From positions 1-58,477 of the forward strand of contig MFKY01000048.1 in assembly GCA_001781175.1 (NCBI GenBank): a DNA stretch of 58,477 bases, written 5' to 3'. The stretch is from Candidatus Kaiserbacteria bacterium RIFCSPHIGHO2_01_FULL_55_37 (lineage in GTDB: Bacteria > Patescibacteriota > Minisyncoccia > Phycocordibacterales > UBA2100). The notes beneath the pieces were generated by a model. It saw only the letters and a program-made list of their open reading frames with translations, was not told where the DNA came from and did not search any database. Shown in pieces: positions 10,401 through 18,521 of this stretch (position 1 is its first letter; each line of letters opens with the position of its first letter). A program made the translations under genes and the position numbers.

Positions 10401-13400
10401 GTTTTGGAGTTGCTGCAGGTGCAGCTTCAGCGGACGGGGCCTCAGCGAACCGTCCCGTCTTCGGATCTCTCCAGCTGCCGGCGTTGGCATCCCATACCGG
10501 ACTTTCTGAAATGGGAGCCGGGCGGGCGGCTGCGACATCCTTCCCTGCCGCCCGCAGACCAACCTCGCTCGCATCCAACCCCGAAACAGCCCCGGCTCTA
10601 GCGCCGGTCACTCCCCCGCCGAGAGCATCTCCGCCCGCTGCGGCAACTCCCGATTCGGTTCCAGCCGCTAATCTGGCCTCACTTGCAAGCATGCCGATCG
10701 CGCGACCAGCTCCCGGAGCTCCCACTTCAAGCCAAATCATCGCAATGTTTCCAGCCCTGTCCGCGGCCGTCGACGGGTTGACATAGTTTTCTACTTGCTC
10801 CTTTTGCGTCAAATCTGTCCATCCTTGAAGCGCGAGCTCCACTCTGGAGCGGTCTACCAGGTCCGTTGCCCAGAACGCGCCAAATTGGCCGATGACCGAA
10901 GCCCGCGGCTGAGCTTGTTCATAAGCGGCTCGAAGCTCAGGCGACAGCGCATTGACGTCAACCGCACTACTCAACAAGGATTTCACATTGAACGCTCCCT
11001 TGATGAACTCCGAAGTGACACGCATCCCTTTTGCCAGGTAGCCTTCTTGACCGTCGGCCAACGCTTTTAACTCCGGGGTCATGTTGCCCTTCGCGACATT
11101 CGATATATCGTCTGCAATTTTATCTCTTTTTGCGGTTGCAGCATCAAGGCGGGCCTGCGCATCATCCGTTAGGTCCTTTTGCGTCAGGCCCGATGCCATA
11201 TCGATTACCGCGCTCTGATCTGCGCTTCTTGCGACCACAAGATCCTGCCTTGCCCTGTCCACTTCAAGGTCCGCTGTTTTCAAATTGCTTTCCAGGTGCG
11301 TTTTGAGATAGACAGCGCCAAGGTCAGGTGATTTATCATTTTGATCAATGTAACTTCGCAGCTCGTTATCGGCGTTACTCTTCGCATCGAGAGCTGTTTT
11401 GTAGTCGCTGATAGAGCTGCGCGCACTGTTGTTTAGCTCGGTGAACTTGTCGGTGTCTTCTTTACTCCCAAATCTATACTTCGTGATACCGTCCTTGTCG
11501 GTCGATACGTCGACTGCCCTGTTGTTGATGAAATCATTGCGCAGTTCCACGTCGTAACTGGCCTTTTTCTCGCTTTCTGAGAGAGCCCGGGCGGCTGCGT
11601 TTTGCCTGTCTTTCAAGTATTGCTCGTTGCTCGCAATAATCTTATTTTCCTCGAGCGCTTTCTGTTTGTCATATTCTTCAATAGCCACGCGTCTCTCGGC
11701 GTCGTTCGCGGCGATATCGACATTGTTGCGTGCCTCTTCAAGTTTCCTCGCCTGTTCAGCTTCGGCCGCTTTTTGATTGTCGTACTCAACGAGGGCCGCG
11801 CGTCTCTCGGCGTCGTTCGCGGCATTGTCAATATTGTTACGTGCGGCTTCGTCCGCCGCCGCTTTTTGTTTGTCATATTCGGCAAGTGCGGCAATTCGCT
11901 CGGTGTCGTTCGCGGCATTGTCAACGTTGTTTCGCGCCGCTTCGTCCAAAGCCGCCTGCTTGTCCGCCTCGTCGTACACCCTCTGCTCGTTGTCTATAAG
12001 GACGGCGAGGTCCGCGTCCCGTTTTTGCTGATCTATGACGGCTTGGTCGTCACGCTTGGCCTGTTCCCAGGCGTCGGCATTGTCGCCGGAGAGATAGTCG
12101 TTACTTGCGAAATTTTCGTTTCGCGCAACCTCGGCCCACGCGGTGTCGTTGTTGTTTGAAAAGAAATTGTTCGTGGCCAATTTATCATCGCGCGAGACTT
12201 CATCCCACGCGGCAGCGTTGTCACCAGATAAGAGATTATTGCTCGCGAGATTTTCAGTGCGAGCGACTTCGGCCCACTCGGCAAAGTTGTCGGCGGAGAG
12301 GATATCCGGCACTTTGGCCGCAGGTGAAACATCGGCGGCTAAGCTACCGGACAACCCGCCGGATAACCCGGCGCTCGTATTTACCGTCAGGTCCTGCCGG
12401 GAATACTCCGGCTGGTTCATTCGAAGCGCGTCATTCGAGGGATATTCGAGTGCGAGGCCGGATAACCCCGCGTCATTAAACATTTGCTGCCGCACCGCCT
12501 CGTCGTTGAGTTTGACCTCATTCCACGCGGCAGTGTTATCGTCGTTAAAATAGTTGTAAGCGGCCAGATTGTCGAATCCGGACGCTCCTCCCGGACCGTA
12601 TGAGTACGAGCCGCCGACAAGCGGATTGTCCTGCGGAAGCGGCACTTGGGAGACGGCCAAGGAGTCGCCCTGAAAACCGTAATTCTGCGCGACTGCCTGA
12701 TATGCGCCGATTATTTCCCGCGACGGCATTACGTCGGTCGCGCGTACGCTATGCTCGAGAAAGGCTTTCTCGTTGAATAAGTTGACTATTTGCGTTTCGT
12801 TGCCGAGATCAAGCCTGGTGTTTGGCGAGATGCCGAGCTTATCCGAAAGATAATTCACCATGCCCCTCGTGTCATTGCCATCATTGGACGGCGAAAGCCT
12901 GTTCATCAGCTTGTTGAGCGTATCGTCGCCACGATCAACCCATTTGGCAATATTATTTATGTCCGCCTTGGCCCCCTCCTCCGGCGTCGAGAACGATTGA
13001 TATCCGCTGCATATGCCGCCGCTGCAACTTTTCATGTTGCCGAAATTCCAATTCGACTCAAGCTTCCGGGCCTTCGCTTCTTCAAGTTCGCTGGGATTGA
13101 ACAACGTGCTCACCTTTTCTCTCATACAGCTCATCCAGCCGTCGCATGTCGGCGTTCCTGTAAGTTGCATTTGTTCCTTGTTTTCCGTAAACGTCGAATC
13201 CGCACCGATAAACGAATCCGTCTGCGGACCGACGGTCTGCGGAATCTCATTTCCGAAGTCGTCGTATTTCGTCGGCTGGAGCTGGAACGTATCTTGATTC
13301 GGATTTAGCGGCGCGGGCGAGAAGAAGTCGCGGATTTTGTCTATAACCCCGGGCTGCGTGTCGGCTCGTTTTAGTACCTCACCCACGGAATTTGCCGAGG

Positions 13401-13911
13401 GGGGGGGAGTATCCTTTTGTTCGGCGAGCGGCGTCGGATTGAAGAGCGCCTGATCCACCAACGACTGGTTCGTACCCGGCGGTATGGGATTCTGCGGCAG
13501 CCCGCCGCTTACGTCCCCCCTATCGGAAAGCGAAGGTGGCGGTACGACCGCCGGCGGTGGTGTATCTCCGTACACGGCCTTTTTGACATCCTCGACTTTA
13601 ATCGGCGGCAAGGCACAGGGCTTGTCGTCGCAGAGATCCGCTTTGCAGTTTTTCGGTCCCTCACAGTGTCCTTTGGCTGCGACATCTTTATTCTCAAGAG
13701 AGATGCATGTCTTGCCGTACAAATTTGGTTTGCCATCGATGACCTTTCCACCGCCCTTAACGTATACATAAAAGCTCTGCGACGGACAGTCGAGATTGCC
13801 GTCGGAATTACCCTCCGCATCGACTGGTGCCGCATATACAGTCGTCGAAAAAGCGAACAGGAGCAAGGCGCACAGAGGTACGAGAAAAATTACCCGCAGG
13901 GCGGTCGGCAT
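7483..13911 (-). CDS. Giant secreted multidomain protein (about 2140 aa) with a lysozyme-like segment, tandem repeats, an ART-like segment and a Pro/Ala-rich stalk
   Basis: Long ORF. Signal peptide follows Met at 13911, with TATGAT 6 nt upstream. Internal motifs are detailed in the findings. Confidence 0.8.
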   Translation of the reverse strand: MPTALRVIFLVPLCALLLFAFSTTVYAAPVDAEGNSDGNLDCPSQSFYVYVKGGGKVIDGKPNLYGKTCISLENKDVAAKGHCEGPKNCKADLCDDKPCALPPIKVEDVKKAVYGDTPPPAVVPPPSLSDRGDVSGGLPQNPIPPGTNQSLVDQALFNPTPLAEQKDTPPPSANSVGEVLKRADTQPGVIDKIRDFFSPAPLNPNQDTFQLQPTKYDDFGNEIPQTVGPQTDSFIGADSTFTENKEQMQLTGTPTCDGWMSCMREKVSTLFNPSELEEAKARKLESNWNFGNMKSCSGGICSGYQSFSTPEEGAKADINNIAKWVDRGDDTLNKLMNRLSPSNDGNDTRGMVNYLSDKLGISPNTRLDLGNETQIVNLFNEKAFLEHSVRATDVMPSREIIGAYQAVAQNYGFQGDSLAVSQVPLPQDNPLVGGSYSYGPGGASGFDNLAAYNYFNDDNTAAWNEVKLNDEAVRQQMFNDAGLSGLALEYPSNDALRMNQPEYSRQDLTVNTSAGLSGGLSGSLAADVSPAAKVPDILSADNFAEWAEVARTENLASNNLLSGDNAAAWDEVSRDDKLATNNFFSNNNDTAWAEVARNENFASNDYLSGDNADAWEQAKRDDQAVIDQQKRDADLAVLIDNEQRVYDEADKQAALDEAARNNVDNAANDTERIAALAEYDKQKAAADEAARNNIDNAANDAERRAALVEYDNQKAAEAEQARKLEEARNNVDIAANDAERRVAIEEYDKQKALEENKIIASNEQYLKDRQNAAARALSESEKKASYDVELRNDFINNRAVDVSTDKDGITKYRFGSKEDTDKFTELNNSARSSISDYKTALDAKSNADNELRSYIDQNDKSPDLGAVYLKTHLESNLKTADLEVDRARQDLVVARSADQSAVIDMASGLTQKDLTDDAQARLDAATAKRDKIADDISNVAKGNMTPELKALADGQEGYLAKGMRVTSEFIKGAFNVKSLLSSAVDVNALSPELRAAYEQAQPRASVIGQFGAFWATDLVDRSRVELALQGWTDLTQKEQVENYVNPSTAADRAGNIAMIWLEVGAPGAGRAIGMLASEARLAAGTESGVAAAGGDALGGGVTGARAGAVSGLDASEVGLRAAGKDVAAARPAPISESPVWDANAGSWRDPKTGRFAEAPSAEAAPAATPKPVEPVRIPTEAELDRAAVERMAGEGPTPVKTPAAEPVAPKAVEPAAPAPEVASAAEKPWYQRLRESIFGKSETPPAAVEVPRPVEPAPRISEPVRAPTQAELDQAAVERMAGEGPTPVKTLASAPESTIGRSYPVSSDSPVRSVAAVPLDDAIATKTLTNGQPDTVTLYRGINQKYDPNFAGPDPFFTPDKNEAVRYALRNGGSEQEIVAIQVDKNALRDLQAYRELEGASGGRPPGFGEQTNGYVQVPQDWIAPGTKTPSLTAEIEGAGSRLQQITKGYNDEANAAISARGAAGQRVEFDYKAAGGDWSKLSSAEKRALIESNPDYIAAQQRVDIVAANEKQAVKKLAKEYFPPAPTDVVPAAEKSWLGKKWEDLKSSFGYGENPPVVETPKAAVAPETVPAPKVDAPAPRVEPAPPEIAPTPKPAEAPAARAEPAPVETIPPAPAAESKSWWQWTKERLGLSEKPPVAEPPAAAETPKAAVVPESAPAPKVDAPAPRVEPAPAEVAPAPKAVEPVPPTPELATAPEKSWWQGMKERLGFSEKPPAQAPLTQAERDALVAGDQGPVVERAAAAPRSAEPPAPKAEPAPAETTPPARAATEPAPIEPVKRGSGDVSRPNAEITMGDEGPVALRSGAENPSGKVWNDRTLTRDEFIADYKAVYPKTSLTDAQLAERYAAGKRLNPQTGQLKVPETPAPAAATTPAGTPAAPAVAGTPSLLSRAASWVGDNKKITMWGVVGGLTAWVYFTPPLVRAPLDSLPPENKAPAAPVPPVVEPPAKTEVPPPVVRKEVLPPVTRRDVVQTGYPDNRNGGSGDFCISSVNPVVVIPNVKPGPGCYNNPGQNSAWRTFPPMPPPPPPSTPSPTPTPTPTPTQLPVSPKPTPTPTSTPPVLQPYATLIANPSTVLPGGKSRLIWSSVNTSGCELFAPGSVSMATTTRGSTSTLPLATTTQFTLNCSATSGATTSAQTTVTVH
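10041..10350. repeat. Exact 43-bp direct repeat (10041-10083 and 10308-10350) within the giant gene, covering the VERMAGEGPTPVKT motif
   Basis: GAGTTTTTACCGGCGTAGGTCCTTCCCCTGCCATTCGTTCAAC occurs twice. Confidence 0.9.
11660..12310 (-). repeat. Two coding tandem-repeat arrays: about 3 x ARNNxDxAANDxERxxAxxEYDxQKA and about 4 x 23-aa LSxDNxAxWxEVxRxxxLAxNN
   Basis: Visible in both the translation and the DNA. Confidence 0.85.
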
Positions 13912-13923
13912 ACGTACATCATA

Positions 13924-13956
13924 ACAGTGCGACCCGCCGTTGGCGGGTCGCACTGT
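13924..13956. terminator. Perfect 15-bp stem hairpin between groEL and the giant gene
   Basis: ACAGTGCGACCCGCC-GTT-GGCGGGTCGCACTGT. Confidence 0.55.
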
Positions 13957-14087
13957 GGATGTCTTTCAAAATTTCAACCTCTAGTGAGGTGTGGCCCCTG
14001 GCCCGCACAAGCTTGTGCGTGCCTGACCCGCCTCGTATCTGCCTCCGGCAGACACTCGGCCCCTGCGGGCGCCCTCTTCGGGCGGGG

Positions 14088-15734
14088 TCACATTTCCTCC
14101 ATCCCACCCGGCATTCCGCCGGGTGTGGCCTTCTTTTCTTCAGGAATATCGGCAACGGCCGCTTCGGTCGTGAGGAGCACGGCAGCCGCAGATGCGGCAT
14201 TTTCTACACAGCTTCTTGTGACTTTTACCGGGTCGAGTATGCCCGCTTCGTACATATCTACGATAGATGCCTCGTCTGATTCAGCAGAGGCGTTGAATCC
14301 GAACGCGGGCCCTTTGTGAACGACATCCCTAAGGACGACCGCAGCATCTTCGCGTCCGGCGTTCTTGGCAATTTGCAAGAGTGGTGCTGAAAGCGCAGTA
14401 AGAAGAATTCTGTAACCAACAGTGTATTCATCGTGTGCTTTCGCATCAATTTTCTTTCCCAATTTCTCACCGACTTTCGCAAGAGCCGCGCCGCCGCCCG
14501 GCACGATACCTTCGGCGATAGCAGCCTTGGTCGCATTGACCGCATCTTCAATTTTGTCCTTGAGATATTTCATCTCGGTCTCCGTCGCAGCGCCGACGCG
14601 AATGACCGCGACGCCGCCCGAGAGTTTCGCGATGCGTTCATCCAATTTCTCTTTGTCGAATTTCGAATCCGTATTTTCAGCCTGTTTGCGCAGCTGTGAA
14701 ATGCGCGCCTCGATTTCAGAACGCTTCCCCTTGCCTCCGACGATGATGGTCGAATCTTTCGTCGCGACCACGCGATTCGCACGACCGAGCATCGTTACTT
14801 CGGCCTTCTCGAGCGAAATGCCTAGGTCCTCTGTGATTACCTGACCGCCGACCGTGATGGCGATGTCCGCGAGCATCTCTTTTTTGCGGTCGCCGTAGCC
14901 CGGCGCTTTGACCGCGAGCACGTTGAATACGCCCTTCAATTTGTTGACGACGAACGTCGCAAGCGCCTCCCCGTCCACATCGTCCGCAATGATGACGAGG
15001 TCCCTCTTACCGCTTTGCGCCAGCTTCTCGAGCAACGGCAAAATGTCTTTGACCGTTGATATTTTTTTATCAGTGATGAGGATAGAGACATCTTTTGCTT
15101 CAGCTTCCATGCGCTCCGCGTTCGTTATCATGTAGGCGGAGACGTAGCCCTTGTCAAATTCCATGCCGTCCACGAAGTCAGAATCGATGCCGAATGACTG
15201 CGACTCCTCCACAGTGACGACGCCATCTTTGCCAACCTTCTCCACCGTATCCGCGATTATTTTGCCGAGCTCTTCCGATTCCGCGGAAATAGTCGCCACT
15301 TGGCGGATATCGTTCTTCCCCTTCACCTCGCGCGCCATTTTCTTTAATTCATCAACAGCGTCTTTGGCGGCCGCTTCGATGCCGCGGCGCACCATCATCG
15401 CGTTGGCGCCGAGCGCCGTGCGTTTCAAGCCCTCATGAATAATGGCCTGCGTGAGCACGACCGCCGTCGTCGTGCCGTCCCCCGCTTTGTCGTTGGTCTT
15501 GGTGGCGACTTCTTTCACAATGCTCGCTCCCATGTTCTCGAATTTGTCCGCGAGTGTTATCTCTTTGGCGATGGAAACGCCGTCGTTGGTAATGGTCGGC
15601 CCGCCCCATGATTTGTCGAGGGCGACGTTGCGGCCTTTCGGTCCGAGCGTGACTTTGACCGCCGCCGCGACGATGTCTACTCCGCGCTTCAGAGCGCTGC
15701 GTACTGCTTCATCGAATATTACCTGCTTAGCCAT
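14088..15734 (-). CDS. groEL: Chaperonin GroEL
   Basis: [20 protein letters not shown] and a GGMPGGM tail. Confidence 0.99.
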   Translation of the reverse strand: MAKQVIFDEAVRSALKRGVDIVAAAVKVTLGPKGRNVALDKSWGGPTITNDGVSIAKEITLADKFENMGASIVKEVATKTNDKAGDGTTTAVVLTQAIIHEGLKRTALGANAMMVRRGIEAAAKDAVDELKKMAREVKGKNDIRQVATISAESEELGKIIADTVEKVGKDGVVTVEESQSFGIDSDFVDGMEFDKGYVSAYMITNAERMEAEAKDVSILITDKKISTVKDILPLLEKLAQSGKRDLVIIADDVDGEALATFVVNKLKGVFNVLAVKAPGYGDRKKEMLADIAITVGGQVITEDLGISLEKAEVTMLGRANRVVATKDSTIIVGGKGKRSEIEARISQLRKQAENTDSKFDKEKLDERIAKLSGGVAVIRVGAATETEMKYLKDKIEDAVNATKAAIAEGIVPGGGAALAKVGEKLGKKIDAKAHDEYTVGYRILLTALSAPLLQIAKNAGREDAAVVLRDVVHKGPAFGFNASAESDEASIVDMYEAGILDPVKVTRSCVENAASAAAVLLTTEAAVADIPEEKKATPGGMPGGMEEM

Positions 15735-15751
15735 ATGACTTTTTGAATTTT

Positions 15752-15782
15752 CTACCAGCTACCAGCTACCAGCTGCAAGCTA
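15752..15782. repeat. Heptamer tandem repeat (CTACCAG)3-CTGCAAG-CTA in the groES-groEL spacer
   Basis: Read directly from the sequence. Confidence 0.8.
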
Positions 15783-16097
15783 TTTAATAATCGCTTTGAC
15801 ATCGCTCTCGTGAATAAGGTGGAGTTTTTCGTCGTCCACTTCTATCTCGCTCTCCCAGCCGGGATTGAAATATACTTTTTGCCCGACCTTCAGCGACATC
15901 GGTAAAACCTTTCCGTCGTCGTTCATCCTGCCGGGACCGACGGCAAGCACCACGCCGCGCGTCGCTTTCTCTTGCTTGGCGGCGTCGGGAATGAGAATAC
16001 CCGATGCCGTTTTTTTCATCGCTTCCTCCGGACGCACCAACACCCGGTCGCCGAGAAGCTGCATGTTCATCTTTGATTCTTTCGCGACTTTTTTCAT
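15780..16097 (-). CDS. groES: Co-chaperonin GroES
   Basis: LGDRVLV, TASGILIPD, GVVLAVGPG; directly upstream of groEL. Confidence 0.97.
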   Translation of the reverse strand: MKKVAKESKMNMQLLGDRVLVRPEEAMKKTASGILIPDAAKQEKATRGVVLAVGPGRMNDDGKVLPMSLKVGQKVYFNPGWESEIEVDDEKLHLIHESDVKAIIK

Positions 16098-16193
16098 ATC
16101 AAATGCTTCTTATTAATTATTTCTTATAACGTTCGCCTGGAGGGTCTGTCCCGTCGAGTGCTCAATATAGTTGAATGTCGTGCATGCGGCAAC

Positions 16194-16221
16194 TTGACAG
16201 TGCCCCGTGGGATGATATAAT
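16194..16221 (+). promoter_or_regulatory. Consensus sigma70 promoter upstream of secG
   Basis: TTGACA-16 nt-TATAAT with an extended -10 TG. Confidence 0.7.
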
Positions 16222-16261
16222 TAATTTGATTGTTTTAGAGAGCTGTGCTAGGCTCTTCGGG

Positions 16262-16495
16262 ATGGTTTGGCTCCAGACAGCACTGCCTTTTATACAGATA
16301 GGCCTCTCCGGCCTTCTTATCGTTGCTATTCTTTTGCAGCGCACAGGCGCATCGCTCGGCGGGGCATTCGGTGCGGACAACTTCTCGTCGGGTTTCCACA
16401 CGCGTCGTGGTTTGGAGCGGACCCTGTTCCATGTTACTATCGTCCTCGGTATCCTCTTCACACTCTCGGCACTCATCAATTTAATCATCAGCTAG
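16262..16495 (+). CDS. secG: Preprotein translocase subunit SecG
   Basis: 77 aa, two TMs, ILLQ..GASLGGAFG...TRRGLE motif. Confidence 0.9.
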   Translation: MVWLQTALPFIQIGLSGLLIVAILLQRTGASLGGAFGADNFSSGFHTRRGLERTLFHVTIVLGILFTLSALINLIIS

Positions 16496-16553
16496 GCGCT
16501 AACGCGCATGTCCGCCGTTTCGGTGGGTACATACGTAGGAGCGCTACCATGCT

Positions 16554-18476
16554 ATGGATTCTGATTACGACTCCTATTCCGACAAAACTCAAGACGTAAA
16601 CCAGTCCGGTCCTCGGACTCCTCGGCTCGAAGGTACGAAAGCCGAGCTTTCGCACCTTACTCGCTCTACGTCGCCGGTAAAAAAGACACTCATCAAAGAG
16701 CGCTCTATCTGGCGCGTTTCGCTCTTGGAGGACCTTCTCCGGGCGCTCTCTCCGGGTGAACGGCTCGCCCTCTACGGTCTTACGGTCATTCTCGGGTTTT
16801 CTACCCTCGCACTTCTTGCGGGACTGAACTCCGCGGTCTCCGTCACGGTACCCGCTTCCGGCGGAGAGCTCATCGAAGGAGAGGTCGGCCCGGCGCGGTT
16901 CGTGAATCCGATTCTCACACTCTCGCAGCCCGATGAAGACCTTACACAGCTCGTCTACTCGGGCCTCACGCGCTCACTTTCGGGCGGCGTCGTCCCGGAC
17001 CTCGCGGAAAGCTACACGATCTCGGAGGACGGCACGACATACACCTTCAAGCTCCGTGAGAACGCAACCTTCCACGACGGCACGCCCGTCACGGCAGACG
17101 ATGTACTTTTCACGATAGCGGCAGCGCAGAATCCCGACATCAAGAGCCCGCGACGGGCCGATTGGGAGGGAGTCCGAGTATCCTCTCCAGACCCGCGCAC
17201 GGTGGTTTTTAAACTTTCGCACGCTTACGCGCCGTTCATCGAGAACACTTCGCTCGGCATTCTGCCGAAACGCGTCTGGCAAAATGTATCCGCTGAAGAA
17301 TTTCCTTTCAGTCCGGTCAACACACACCCGATCGGAAGCGGGCCGTACCGTATTGAGAGCGTGTCGACCGACAGTACCGGTTCGGCAACCCGCTACCAAC
17401 TCGTTCCGTTTTCGAAATTCGCACTCGGCAAGGCTTATCTCAAACGTATTACCTTCATTTTTTACCCCAACCGGGAATCGATACTCAAAGCATTCGAAGC
17501 CGGCCAGATAGACGCGATAGCGGGCATGACACCGTCGGATCTTTCCGCCGTGAAGCGGACGGACTTTAGTTTGGCCAACGTCGCATTGCCGCGGGTCTTC
17601 GGCGTCTTTTTCAACCAAAGTCGTGCTCCCGTTCTTGCCGACGCCTCCGTACGCGCGGCGCTTGAAGCGGCTGTCGACAAACGAAGTATTGTGGACGCGG
17701 TCCTCGGCGGATATGGTGCGGTTCTCGACGGACCCATTCCGCCCGGAGTTATCGGTACGACCGTACCGGCAACTCCGACTCTTTTCCGCAAACGAGAAAC
17801 TGGCGCGAATGCGACGAGCACTCCGGATAGCGCATCCGTTGACGCTGCGCGCTCCATCCTTGCGCGCGGCGGTTGGACGTTCGACGAGAAGGCCGGTGTG
17901 TGGAGCAAAAAGTCCTCCGGAGGAGGATCGGCCTCCGGCGGAAAGCTGACACTGTCCTTCGCACTGGCGACCGCCGACGAACCTGAGCTGGTCGCGACGG
18001 TAAACGCGCTTGCGGCGGCCTGGCGTGCCGCCGGAGTCGCGGTAACCGTGCAGGTGTACCCGCTTTCAGACCTGAATGTGAACGTCATCCGCCCGCGGCA
18101 GTACGACGCGATACTCTTCGGCGAAGTCGTCGGACGTACGGCAGACCTCTTCGCGTTCTGGCACTCTTCTCAGCGCAACGACCCGGGACTCAATCTTGCA
18201 CTCTATACGAATTTGCGGGCAGACTCGCTGCTCACGCAGGCGCGCGCGACGACCGACAAGGACGAGCGCGAGAAGCTCTATACGCAATTCTCAAGCACGG
18301 TCGCAAAGGACGACCCCGCGGTATTTTTGTATGCCCCCGATTTCATTTACGTAGTCCCCACGTCGGCCAGCGGCATAGAGCTCGGTGCTCTCACGACGCC
18401 GTCCGAGAGATTCCTGAACGTGTACCAGTGGTACACGGACACGGAAGAGGTCTGGAGTATTTTTTCGCGTAACTAA
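16554..18476 (+). CDS. Peptide ABC transporter substrate-binding protein (family 5)
   Basis: PDLAESY.ISEDG.TYTFKLR...FHDGTPVTADDV, PIGSGPY; start codon uncertain. Confidence 0.9.
   Translation: MDSDYDSYSDKTQDVNQSGPRTPRLEGTKAELSHLTRSTSPVKKTLIKERSIWRVSLLEDLLRALSPGERLALYGLTVILGFSTLALLAGLNSAVSVTVPASGGELIEGEVGPARFVNPILTLSQPDEDLTQLVYSGLTRSLSGGVVPDLAESYTISEDGTTYTFKLRENATFHDGTPVTADDVLFTIAAAQNPDIKSPRRADWEGVRVSSPDPRTVVFKLSHAYAPFIENTSLGILPKRVWQNVSAEEFPFSPVNTHPIGSGPYRIESVSTDSTGSATRYQLVPFSKFALGKAYLKRITFIFYPNRESILKAFEAGQIDAIAGMTPSDLSAVKRTDFSLANVALPRVFGVFFNQSRAPVLADASVRAALEAAVDKRSIVDAVLGGYGAVLDGPIPPGVIGTTVPATPTLFRKRETGANATSTPDSASVDAARSILARGGWTFDEKAGVWSKKSSGGGSASGGKLTLSFALATADEPELVATVNALAAAWRAAGVAVTVQVYPLSDLNVNVIRPRQYDAILFGEVVGRTADLFAFWHSSQRNDPGLNLALYTNLRADSLLTQARATTDKDEREKLYTQFSSTVAKDDPAVFLYAPDFIYVVPTSASGIELGALTTPSERFLNVYQWYTDTEEVWSIFSRN
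17913..17944 (+). repeat. Coding palindromic element read in frame as SSGGGSASGG
   Basis: TCCTCCGGAGGAGGATCGGCCTCCGGCGGAAA; a near-identical copy lies at 30314-30346. Confidence 0.75.
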
Positions 18477-18521
18477 TTTATCAGGTAATTACTAACCGTC
18501 CTCTAATCAGACACTCATTAT

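Noticed and set aside
130..13911. Prophage
   Set aside because: Only isolated phage-like domains; no integrase, terminase, capsid or tail genes
16150..16206. CIRCE operator upstream of groES
   Set aside because: Only half-site-like sequence (GAGTGCTCAA); no complete 9-9-9 inverted repeat
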